From the NCBI GenBank assembly GCA_025201805.1, contig MU619399.1, positions 4,055-54,600 of the forward strand: 50,546 bases of DNA. Reading direction: 5' to 3'. Positions 24,416 to 35,633 of the stretch are shown here, piece by piece. The number at the start of each line of letters is the position of its first letter. Within the stretch, counting starts at the first letter, position 1. The position numbers were made by a program, and so were the translations under genes. The notes below the pieces were generated by a model. It saw only the letters and a program-made list of their open reading frames with translations, searched no databases and was not told the DNA's origin. This DNA comes from Parasitella parasitica NRRL 2501 (Eukaryota; Fungi; Mucoromycota).

Positions 24416-25869
24416 GTAGATATTTATTACGGATTACTGATAATTAGACTACTACTGTAGAGTAGATATTAAGCCAAAAGTGAGCTAAAGGTGGGCTGCA
24501 TTAATTGCGTCTTATGCTATTTACTAAATTTCGTAAACACATCCGATATGAACAAAATAATGCAAAAAACAAACGAGAGAATCCCAAAGAAAATCGATAC
24601 ATTATAAAAGTGGCACCAGCCATTGTGTTGACCTGGTGGGCAGGTGAACTTGAACAACTCAAAAAAGATGCCAAGGCCCCACATAACTACAAAAAGTGCG
24701 TCAACCACAATCATAACAATCTTCTTATTGGAAAGCGCCTTAATCATGAATGCACGAAGCAAAGAAAAAATAAAGGACATGACGGCCTGCTCTCTGTCGT
24801 TAGATCAAGCGTTGTAATAAGGACAATCTACTTACCACAGCACAAAGAAAGTAAAGCCACATGCTTGATTTGAATGGAACAGGCTGGCCAGAATACTATA
24901 TCTACACTTTAGTTGCCTAGTCAAACAAAATGTCAATATCAACTTACGGGAGAAGCGCCCAGGGCAAACCCAAAGTGGCCGATAGCACAGAAAATTAATG
25001 CAAAGCTGCTGGCTCGAGATAACAAACGCAAAATTCGAGTCTTTTTAGAAGGAGTGCTATTCTGGCGTGTGTAGACGGCTGGAGTTTTTTTTTCAAATCT
25101 CACTTGAGTTTTTTTTTCAAGACTCTCTTGAGTTTTTTTTTCATTTGTATGAACACTCTTTGAATATCCTGACGCTGCAGGAGTATGATTAGGTAAAGGG
25201 GCTTTAGAGGTATGAGTAGGTACTACGCTATCAGTAGATGAACGAGGAGAATCGTTCACACTATAGTTAAGATCAGGTGAATAGAAGTTAATCATTTTTT
25301 TTTTTTTTTTTTTTTTTTTTGGAGTAATTGACAACAAAAGTATCAACTCATGTAAAATGATCTACATGTCTTATATATATACACAATTTGCTCATACAGA
25401 ACATGTATTTGCCATTCAAGCTGGCTAATGTGACAATTACATGGCTCTTTGTGCGTCATGTTTGAGTAACCAGCTATCCTCGTTATGACTTTATAAGGAA
25501 GCCGATCTTGGCTCCATTCTTTTTTCTCTTTTTCTCTTCTCTTTGTCTCTATTTTAACACACAACAATGGTTGTAAACGCTTTTACACTTCAACGCAAAT
25601 ATCCCCAGTTACAAGTGAATGACATCAATACTCTTATTGACCGATTCAAGTAAGTGCTTTCTCACGTGTACCTCTAATGGCGCCTTTGTTAACCTCTACA
25701 TCCACACAGCGAAGTTGACATAGACGAGGACGGATATCTCGACCAAAAAGAAATTCAGCAGGCATGCAAGGATACAGGCTATAGTGACAACTATGACGAA
25801 ATTCGTGCTACTCTCAAGGATGTAAGCACTAATGCTTCTGGTAAAATTGATGTCGAAGAGTTTATCGAG
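24416..25869. repeat. tandem segmental duplication, copy B
   Basis: see copy A. Confidence 0.85.
24517..25295 (-). CDS. MARVEL-like multi-TM membrane protein, paralog 2 (3 exons)
   Basis: same exon layout and motifs as paralog 1 (STPSKKTRILRLLSRASSFALIFCAIGHFGFALGASP; CPPGQHNGWCHFYNVSIFFG). Confidence 0.75.
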
Positions 25870-27612
25870 GTAAATATCACATAGGATAGTGGAGAGGGTG
25901 AAGGACGCGAAATGAAGCATGATTAATCGGTTGTTTAATTTTGGGGCAATGGTATTATGCACTCGGGAAAAGTCTAAGCATTCTTGGCATTTATTCTATA
26001 GCTGGCCGCCAAGCTGAAGGATGGTCGTAACAGAGGCGCATTCGATGTCCATCAAAATAAAATCAAGGTGCATGGAACAAACACCAACACTACTCACACT
26101 ATCAACGAGGACGAGCGCACTGAATTTACAAGACACATTAACGGGGTACTTGCGGGCGACGCACATATCGGAAAGCGCCTGCCTATTCCCACTAATACGA
26201 TGCAGCTGTTTGATGAGTGTAAGGATGGTCTTATCTTGTGTAAGCTGATCAACGATGCTGTGCCCGACACCATTGACGAGCGTGTGCTGAATGTCAAGGG
26301 AAAAATTAACAATTTCCAAATGGTCGAAAACAACAATATTGTCATCAGTTCTGCCAAGGCTATTGGCTGCTCTGTTGTTAACGTCGGCTCCACTGACTTG
26401 ATGGAAGGTCGCGAACATCTGATTCTGGGCCTCATTTGGCAGATCATCAAACGCGGTCTTTTAAGCAAGATTGATATCAAGCAACATCCCGAATTGTACC
26501 GCTTGCTGGAGGAGGGCGAAACTTTGGAGGATTTCCTCAAGTTGCCCCCTGACCAAATCCTGCTGAGATGGTTCAATTATCACTTGAAGGCTGCTGGATG
26601 GGAAAGGAGAGTAAAGAACTTTTCAAAGGACGTCAGCGATGGCGAAAACTACACTGTTTTGCTGAACCAACTCAAGCCAGAATCCTGCACTCGCGCTGCG
26701 TTGCAAGAGCGTGATTTGATCCGCAGAGCCGAGATGGTCTTGGACAATGCCGAAAAGATCAACTGCCGTAAATACCTGACCCCTACTGCGCTAGTTGCTG
26801 GTAATCCCAAGCTGAATTTGGCCTTTGTCGCGCATTTGTTCAACACGCATCCTGGATTGGATCCCTTGTCTGAAGAAGAGGCTCCCGAGATTGAAGATTT
26901 TGACGCTGAAGGCGAACGCGAAGCCAGAATGTTTACGCTCTGGCTCAACAGTCTGAATGTAGATCCCGGCGTGTACAATCTGTTTGAAGACTTGCAAGAT
27001 GGGTTGGTATTGCTGCAGGCTTTTGAGAAGGTTGTCCCCGGCATTGTCAATTGGCGACTGGTTAGTCAGAAGCAGCCTTTGTCCCGCTTCAAACAAATCG
27101 AAAACTGCAACTACGCTGTGGCACTTGGCCAAGAACGTCGTTTCCACCTTGTAGGCATTCAAGGATCAGACATCGTAGACGGCCAAAGAACACTGACCTT
27201 GGGCCTCACATGGCAATTGATGCGTGAAAATATTGTTCACACTTTGCAGTCGCTTACAAAGGGCGGTCGCAGTGTCACTGATCAGGATCTGGTGCGTTGG
27301 GCTAATGAAACTGTTCAGCGTGGCGGCAAGCAGTCCAAGATGACCTCCTTCAAAGATAGTAGCCTCAGTACTGCTATCTTCTTTTTGGACGTGCTGAACG
27401 GTATCAAGCCTGGGTATGTTGACTATAGCCTTGTGACAAGTGGCCGAACCGAAGACGACGCATTCAATAACGCCAAGCTTGCCATCTCCATAGCTCGTAA
27501 ACTGGGAGCCACTATATTTTTGGTGCCTGAGGATATTGTCGAAGTAAGAGCCAAGATGAATTTGACATTTATTGGCAGTTTAATGCAAGTTGACCGCGAG
27601 ATCAAACCCTAA
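25567..27612 (+). CDS. SAC6: fimbrin (actin-bundling protein; exons 25567-25649, 25720-25869, 26002-27612)
   Basis: N-terminal EF-hands (EVDIDEDGYLD, SGKIDVEEFIE) and four CH domains (HTINEDERTEFTRHIN, LILGLIWQIIKRGLL, NAKLAISIARKLGA). Confidence 0.97.
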
Positions 27613-28654
27613 CAATAATGCACCCTTTTGCCATATATCATTATTTTTGTATGAATAAAATATCTGTAAGACTATACGCAATCTGCACACAATGGCTGTA
27701 AACTACGCCAACAGGTCATTATCATTTTAGTTGATAGTGCTCATTGTGCACACCGATATTTACAACCTATATATGTATACAAGTTATACTAATCGGGCGA
27801 TGCATGTGTTCAATGTCCCATATGCTCATTAAGCTGGTACTAGATCTCCATAGACTTTTAATTATAAAGAAAGCCGTAGCACTCTGCTGGATAATTTATA
27901 TTCAAAATGAATTACATTTTCATGTGATATATACGCCCTTTGTCTAAACGTGATCGTTGTACAGTATACGCTCAAGTGATTAAACCAAAGTATTCTTGCC
28001 TTTTAATTCTATGTCTTTAGACTCTTTGTTGTGCTCTTTGGATTCCATATATACCTACAACTTGGGGAATAAGGCATCAAGCAAATGTGGTAAAGTAAAA
28101 TTAATTGATGCATAGAAAGTCTAGCGGCTGAATTTAAAGGGACTCTAGTAGCTGTAGCCGCCGCATCACTGCGAGCCGAAAGAATTATTAGTTTGGTGCA
28201 CTTGCGAATCGCCCGAAACCGTCTCTTTTACAAATGTGGAATTTCATCAGGCCAATAAAATAAACTTGTTGACATTCCACGAAACGGCCTATACACACCA
28301 AATTTGATGCGAGGATGGGTCTTTACATACTTTAATCATAAAAATAGAAAATATAGTTGAATGGCAAAATGATAATTTCCTTAATTATAGATGAAGGTGG
28401 GATTACAGGAAGCTCAATACTCACAAAATGATGATAATTGGAAAAATCCGTTTTGTGTAATGCCTCCCCAACAAAATGCAGCCAGCACTCTCATAAAACA
28501 CGCTATTTCTTCATTGTCGGCTTGATTTCGTTATCAGAAAGGTCTCGCACTGAACTTGACACTCCAAAGTCCAACTTTAACCGATCAACTACTTGATGTC
28601 AATGCAAAACTTTATTTTTCAAGATATATTACAAAAAGCTGCTTCCCTGCTGCT

Positions 28655-29139
28655 TTAGATTTCATGCTCTGCCAACAGCATATTTGGAATGCCATCCGTG
28701 ATCTTGTAGACATGAGCACAGTTGGGGCAAACCATTTTGCCTTGTTGGATGTGAGTCTAATGTTGATGAAAATGAGTCGATTATACGTCATTTTAGAATA
28801 TGCAGAGTCCCTACCTCCAACAAAACATTGTGCACAATCTTCAGCAGAGCCTCGTCGTCTTGTATATTTTCAGGCATTTGAGCAGGGATGGTATTAATGC
28901 CAAGCTACAGTGCAAAGATTGTCAGCACCATGTCCTTACAGAAAACAGGCCGCATTTACCTGGACAGCTGTGTTGTATAGGGCATCCCATTCAATCTTGT
29001 TGATAATGTTGGACAAGAATTCTACGTTGAAATCCGCTTCTATTAATTCGACTTGGACATCTTCAAAACGGAGCGGAAAGTTGTTGCTGTTGCAGTTTTT
29101 GACGTGGCATTGCAGCATGTTGTGTGTGATGAGTCTCAT
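28655..29139 (-). CDS. TRM112: Trm112 methyltransferase activator (3 exons)
   Basis: [16 protein letters not shown]...LHNVLLE-type helix (IVHNVLLE)...[28 protein letters not shown]. Confidence 0.95.
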
Positions 29140-29413
29140 TTGCGATACTTGTAGAATAGGTGTCAGAAGAAAAGGGGCAAAAAATAAAGAAAAATAAAGA
29201 AAAAAAAAAAAAAAAAAAACGAGAGAAAACCACAAGTGTTACCAAGCCACTTGCACCGGCCAAAGTCTTATACAAATACCGTCAAACAAAGGAGGGTGTA
29301 AAATAGGCCAATGGTGTGAATCAATCTGCATCCATAAAGTTATGCCATTCAGCTGTCTACAATAATTCCTTTTGTATCAAGCTACCGATCGAAATCTCAT
29401 TGCAAACACTTTA

Positions 29414-30934
29414 ATGGCTTCACCTTCAAAAAATCAACACCATTCGCTTGAAGAGCGACCAAGGTAAGGTTGCTACAATAACAATCGCTGATTTTTTTTT
29501 AACGCAGCGCAATAGAAAGCGATCCAAAGTGTCAAGGCGAGAAATGGATATGCTTAACGGCAGCAGCAGCAGTAATAGAGGTACATTGCAAAAAATACCC
29601 CGCGCTCAATCATCCACATACTAACTCCATTAAAGCGCCCAAGTGTCCTGTCTGTGAGTACCGTATTGACCCTGCATACTGGACAGAGCATTATCAGTAT
29701 GAGCTGAACAGACTGGCAGAGCCCTCTTCAGAAGCTTACTCGAATCCGACAAACAAAAAGTAGGTATACTTATCCACTTCCCCACCCCCATCCCCCCCAC
29801 ACTGCCATCCATGCTGAATCCACAATGCAAATATAGCCATGGAAAACGAGGCGCAGCTGTGGCAGCCAGAAGACAGTTGGAAGGCAAAGGCAAAAAGAAG
29901 GCATCTGTCCATGAAGAGACGTTGGCAAAAATTCAAAAAAATAGATCCAAACGAAAAGAACGTCTGAGGCAGATTGTCGATTCCAGTTCGCTTGAGGCCA
30001 CAGCATCCGATGATTCGCATCATGTCGCACTTATGCTACAGCAACAAGAGAACGGTGCGGCGGATGTGCAGACATGCTTCATCTGCCAGCAGCGATTGTA
30101 TGGCGACTTGGAAGACATCAATCTGCACATTGACAACTGCCTCTCGCATCCTGCGTCCAATTCTGTAGAGGAAAGCGAACAAGAAGACATGGGCGAGACA
30201 GAAGAAAATGAAAATACAGAGTCTCGACAATCATCACAGACAACAACAACATGGGAAGAGTATGAATGGGCTGGACAAGTGCGAGTCCGAGCGAGCGCCA
30301 TGATGGAAGGTGGTTACGGAGGCGCTGGTTTTGCCACCACTAGTAAAATCGAAGTAGACGACGATGACGACCAAGATTTGGATGTTGAAGATGACGATGC
30401 GGCTCAGTTTGGAGCCACACAGTATACCGAAAGAGACATTGTTGTAAACATGGATGAAAATAACGAAAACGACTCTGCTTTGCGTGAAATGGTTTCTGGA
30501 GGCTCAGTGAGGACACCTACTTTAGAAAGGCAAGTATGCGATAAAACAGATGCGCTGCGTATGTATATATGCTGATAAAAACACACAGTGATCAGGAACA
30601 AGGGCAGGATTTTGAGGCTACTGTATCCGTCTCCGGCTGGGATCAGCATCTAAAGAAAGAAAGCCATTATACCCACTCGACATCATCGCCGTCGAAAAAG
30701 CAATCGTCGCTGGTCATTGATTCACTAAAAGCTCGTATCCATGAATTAGAGAGCGCGTCTAAATCATCGAATTGTCTGATATGCTTGGAAAACTACAAGA
30801 CCCCCCTTACATCCATCGTCTGCTGGCATGTACACTGTGAGCAATGTTGGCTTCACACATTGGGAACAAAAAAGCTATGTCCTCAATGCCAAAAAATCAC
30901 AACACCTGCGGATTTACGACGAATTTATCTTTGA
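29414..30934 (+). CDS. RNF220-like RING E3 ubiquitin ligase (5 exons)
   Basis: CPVC..H..ELNRL finger, CFIC..HIDNCL finger, EEYEWAGQVRVRASAMMEGG, C-terminal CLICL..SIVCWHVHCEQCWLHTLGTKKLCPQCQKITTPADLRRIYL*. Confidence 0.88.
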
Positions 30935-30950
30935 ACTCATAATGTCTCGA

Positions 30951-31049
30951 TACTACTACTATTACTACTACTACTACCACTACTACTACCACTACTACTA
31001 CCACTACTACTACCACTACTACTACCACTACTACTACCACTACTACTAT
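30951..31049. repeat. compound microsatellite (TAC)n / (TACTACTACCAC)6
   Basis: direct reading; followed by AATAAA at 31051. Confidence 0.95.
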
Positions 31050-31197
31050 TAATAAACGACTGTACAAAGAACTACAAAAATTTCATGATGCTGTTTACAG
31101 GCTTGAATCATAATACGCTTTTGAGCTGAGCAATCTAATAACTCCCATGTCAGGATAATGCCTAAAGCAAATTTATGTATATTTTATTCATTGTTGG

Positions 31198-33037
31198 CTA
31201 TTCAAATCGAGGTAGCTTTGAAGAAGACTGGATGATTGCAAATGTTAGTACATTGGCTGTCTCAAGTGAATTAAAGAACCGTACCTGGCTAATTTGTTCA
31301 TTCGATTTACGCTTCAAGCTGTTATTTACATCTGGCATCTCAGCATCGCTTTCCACGAGCGCTCCACTCTTGACAGCATCCGCATGACAAGTGGCATGAT
31401 AAATCTAATATGGTAGAGAGTTAATGATACGCACTCGCATACTAGTGACTGGAACATTACCTTGTTATCTACCAAAACTGCATTTTTATACATCCATTCC
31501 TCTTCATCGTCATTCCAAAAATCAACAAAGCGCTCGCCGCAGATGGCACACGGTTTCCTATTGTCGTCGTCTGGCATGATTACCGTGTACAAGTTGGGGT
31601 CTATGGCATCCTCACTGGCAGACTGATTTGACTTTTCAACTGATTTCTGATTTGCATGTCCCATCCCATCGTGCAAGAACGCAGGAGCCTGCTGACTCAT
31701 GAGCTCTCCACCTTCTCCACTGATCCACTCGTCGACAGTGACAAACCAAGAGCGAGACAGACCACGCTTGACTCTTTCTTTCATTTTTCTGTTCTGTCTA
31801 AAATGCGAGTCCAAGTGAGCATCCATTTTCGCTTGACCTTTTTCAGTCTTTGGATATCTGAACCCACACTGTTTACATTGAAGAGGTTGGGCAGAATATA
31901 AAAGCTCAACAGCTCCTGGACGAGCAATTTGTAAATCTTTGGAATCCAACACAAAAGGTCCAAATCGATTAATGGACAAGACTTGAGGCTCATCTGATGG
32001 TTTATTAGCAACAACAGGAGGAGAGGGACTAAGATACCCCATTGATGTCAAGCTCTTTAGCAAGTCAGCCGTGTCCACTTTGGTATTTTTGGCGCTAGTG
32101 CTAGTAGCAGTAAGAGGAGAGGGTGGTATGGCTGGACTCAAGACATTTGCTACTAGAGGTGGCGTAAGTGTTTTGCTGGTTTGAAAGTGCAGTCTAGTAT
32201 TGACTTGTGTCGGCGAAGGTGCTGAAACGGTAGTAGGCAAGTTGGCTGGTTTTTGTGAGGGAGAAGCAGAAGCTATTTGGGCGAGATACTGTTCAATGGA
32301 ACTTGCTTGTGCTGGTGGCAGTGTGGGTAAGATAGCCTTGATCTACAATGCGTTACATACGTGCGACAGCTCAAAATTAACCCCAACATGATGCTTACCT
32401 GGCCAATGATTTGTGTTACGGGATCGTTTTGCGCTGTATTGCTGGTGTCGCTACGCATAGGTAGCATGGATTGCAATTGATCGAGAAGGCTAGACGAAGT
32501 CAAGGAGGTTGGGGGGTTTTCGGTGGTTATAGTTGAGGTTGTGGGTTGATGGCCTCTGCTGCGAGGGTCTCTATTAGTTCGCTGTTGCTCCTGTGAGAAT
32601 GTCAAGTACAGCTTCATGGAATCGAAAATAAGACTTACCTTGCTCAAAAAGTTTGGGTTCACATGAATGCCAGCAGCAGATGATGGCGAGGGTTTGCTAG
32701 AGGGAGGACTAGCAGCAGCAGCAGCAGCAGCAGCAGTACTTTGTTTGGGAGGATGGGGATATCTTGAAGTAGGAGTCTTTTCGCGGATGTATATGATGGA
32801 TCTCTCAATGGGCTCAATGATATGCCGAGGAAACACAGGATTACCGCCAGGCATGCCATTTTTCCAAGTTTGAAGAAGCCTTTCGAAGCTTTTGCGGACA
32901 GTGAGATCGGTCAGTGTGTACGCGTCCAAAAAAACATTTACCATATTTCTCGAGAAATTCGAAATATAGACACCACCAACATTTTTACAAATAGAGTCAA
33001 TCAGATATAATACAGGAAGTTTCTGTCCAGCAGCATT
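31198..33037 (-). CDS. PCF11: Pcf11 cleavage/polyadenylation and termination factor; 5'-partial (first coding exon presumably in the gap)
   Basis: CID motif QKLPVLYLIDSICKNVG; zinc fingers CKQCGFRY..HLDSHF and CAICGERF..EEWMYKNAV..YHATC; RGLSRSWF Clp1-binding region. Confidence 0.92.
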
Positions 33038-33283
33038 CTACAGGATGAAAGTGATAAAAAGAGAATTGTGGTTATTACATCAAGTTGCGTCAATTACATT
33101 CAATGGTTTTTTTTTATATGGCATTTATATTATTAACAAAAAGAGGTATGCAGGGAAGGGATTAGGCATCTAATTTTCACGACCAAGCCATGCTATCCTC
33201 TACAGACCATTTTTTTTTTGTTTTTTTTTTGCCAGTTGTAAATCCCTTCCCTAAACAAATAACCGAAATTTTTTTATCAAAGG

Positions 33284-33749
33284 ANNNNNNNNNNNNNNNN
33301 NNNNNNNNNNNNNNNNNNNNNNNNNNNNNNNNNNNNNNNNNNNNNNNNNNNNNNNNNNNNNNNNNNNNNNNNNNNNNNNNNNNNNNNNNNNNNNNNNNNN
33401 NNNNNNNNNNNNNNNNNNNNNNNNNNNNNNNNNNNNNNNNNNNNNNNNNNNNNNNNNNNNNNNNNNNNNNNNNNNNNNNNNNNNNNNNNNNNNNNNNNNN
33501 NNNNNNNNNNNNNNNNNNNNNNNNNNNNNNNNNNNNNNNNNNNNNNNNNNNNNNNNNNNNNNNNNNNNNNNNNNNNNNNNNNNNNNNNNNNNNNNNNNNN
33601 NNNNNNNNNNNNNNNNNNNNNNNNNNNNNNNNNNNNNNNNNNNNNNNNNNNNNNNNNNNNNNNNNNNNNNNNNNNNNNNNNNNNNNNNNNNNNNNNNNNN
33701 NNNNNNNNNNNNNNNNNNNNNNNNNNNNNNNNNNNNNNNNNNNNNNNNN
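33284..33749. other. assembly gap (N run)
   Basis: run of N. Confidence 0.99.
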
Positions 33750-34067
33750 CTTCTCTCCAAAATTTTTGTTCAGATAGCTGATGAAAAAAGACGGGTGATC
33801 AACAAAGGCTAGGTCTTTGCTATTATTAACAGGCAGAATACAACATGTTATCTTGATGCACTTACCCTGGAGACTTGAACAATGATACAAAACAAGAGAA
33901 AAGAAAGAGAAAAGACGCATTTGAAAAATTTTGTTCCTTTATTGATTGGCCATGCCATGATGTCACGCAGTTGATCGGATGGTTACTTCTTGGCAGAGTT
34001 CAGAACCAACGGTTTTTTCCTTTTTTCCCATTCAATTTCACAATATTACTTTGACTGACACATTAAG

Positions 34068-34658
34068 ATGTAGGTAATAGACGAGGCTATACTATAAGAA
34101 TGCTAACGGCAAAACACTGCTCTCTTTAGGGCTGAACCCTATGACCCTTATATCCCCAATGCTTCTAGCAAACAAGCTCAAGATCCCTCAAAAATTGAGA
34201 GAGTACAAAAGCAAGTCGACGAAGTTGTTGGTATTATGCAGGAAAACATCGACAAAACAATGCAAAGAGGAGAAAGGCTGGATGACCTTAGAGGAAAAAC
34301 AGGTAAAAAATAAAAAAAAAAGCGATTCTTTGTCTTGGTATAACCCTGTTTAAACAATCATTCCACAGAGGATTTACAAGCAACTGCAGGCCATTTTAAA
34401 CGTGGTGCTAATCAAGTCAGAAAGAGAATGTGGTGGAAGGATCTGAAATGGAAGATTATCATTGCTGTAACAATTCTGGTTATTCTGGGCGTTATCATTG
34501 GTAAGCGATATGTTTGATCTTGGCGCTATTCATGCTAATTTATGCTCTTCTTTTCTCTCCAAAAAGGGTCTATTGTTGGAACACAGGTAACTTACATGTT
34601 GTGATAGTTGAATGAGCTGTTGAACCAAGTTGTTTTTCTATAGACGCATAACAATTAA
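34068..34658 (+). CDS. SNC1: synaptobrevin/Snc1-type v-SNARE (start codon split by first intron)
   Basis: EPYDPYIP, VDEVVGIMQENIDKTMQRGERLDDL (R layer), FKRGANQVRKRMWWKDLKWK followed by a TM helix; last small exon tentative. Confidence 0.92.
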
Positions 34659-35633
34659 TTTCGCAATTGTTAAAAAATGTTTGAAAGGATGTATTATATT
34701 TAATCAAAGAAACAGGAATGTTGAATTGTATTGTCTGATGGGTAATGTACAGCTTGCTGGGAGTTTTTTTTTTGTTTGTTAAAGTGGATGATTGTGATGG
34801 AAATATCGACATATGCAATTTATCCCTCTCTGATCTTGAGGCTCTAAATTAAAATATACAAAAAAAAAAAAACACTTCTCTTATCCGATTACTCTGATCA
34901 TTAAAGCTTTTTTTCTTTGAAAACTCTGTAATATAACTGGGTTTGTCAGTTTATGTATTTCTATATCAAATTGCCATGATGCCAGCCCTCTTCCAAATGG
35001 TGATCACGAAAGACAGATGTTTTATTTCTGTTCTAGATGACCCATTTTAAAGTTTTTTTCATCTATATTTGTAAAATTTATTAATCAAATGTTACATCCT
35101 AAACCAATTCGGCTAAAAAGTCACTGTCTTGCATTAATAGCACCTTAAAAGGCAATTGGTGTATTGATTTTGGGCTTGTTAAATTCTCAAAGCTCAACAA
35201 TTTGGATTTGTCTATAAAACAGATGTTCGATTTTTCGCCACCCGTTTATTTTAGGCGAATACATTAGATAGCAACAACAAATTTCTAGGAGCCGTCTAGC
35301 GTAATTTTGGACATTTAAATCGGTCAAGGAAGGATGTAAATTGAGATACTGAAAACGCCAAAAATAGGTTTATTCATTGGTAGCAAAATATATATATATA
35401 TATATTATATATATGTATATAGTCTATAGATGATTGATTTCAGTATTTTTTGATATACACTTTACCCCAGTTTTTAAAAAGGCATCTATCTCTTGCGTTG
35501 GCAATGCTCGCATAACTATAAATATAATAAGCCCAGTGTGTAGATTATGTATGGTTTAAAAAGAAAAAAGATTAATCAAGTCATCACCATGTTCAGAATA
35601 TAAATAGTGAGTTTTTAGATGATGTCTTGTGTA

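Noticed and set aside
29760-29772. GTATACTT resembling a U12-type donor
   Set aside because: Frame requires the upstream GTAGGT donor, and there is no TCCTTAAC branch site
30828-31052. ORF ending in poly-Tyr/His
   Set aside because: Artefact of translating the microsatellite
33177-33920. Long ORFs containing X runs
   Set aside because: They span the N gap
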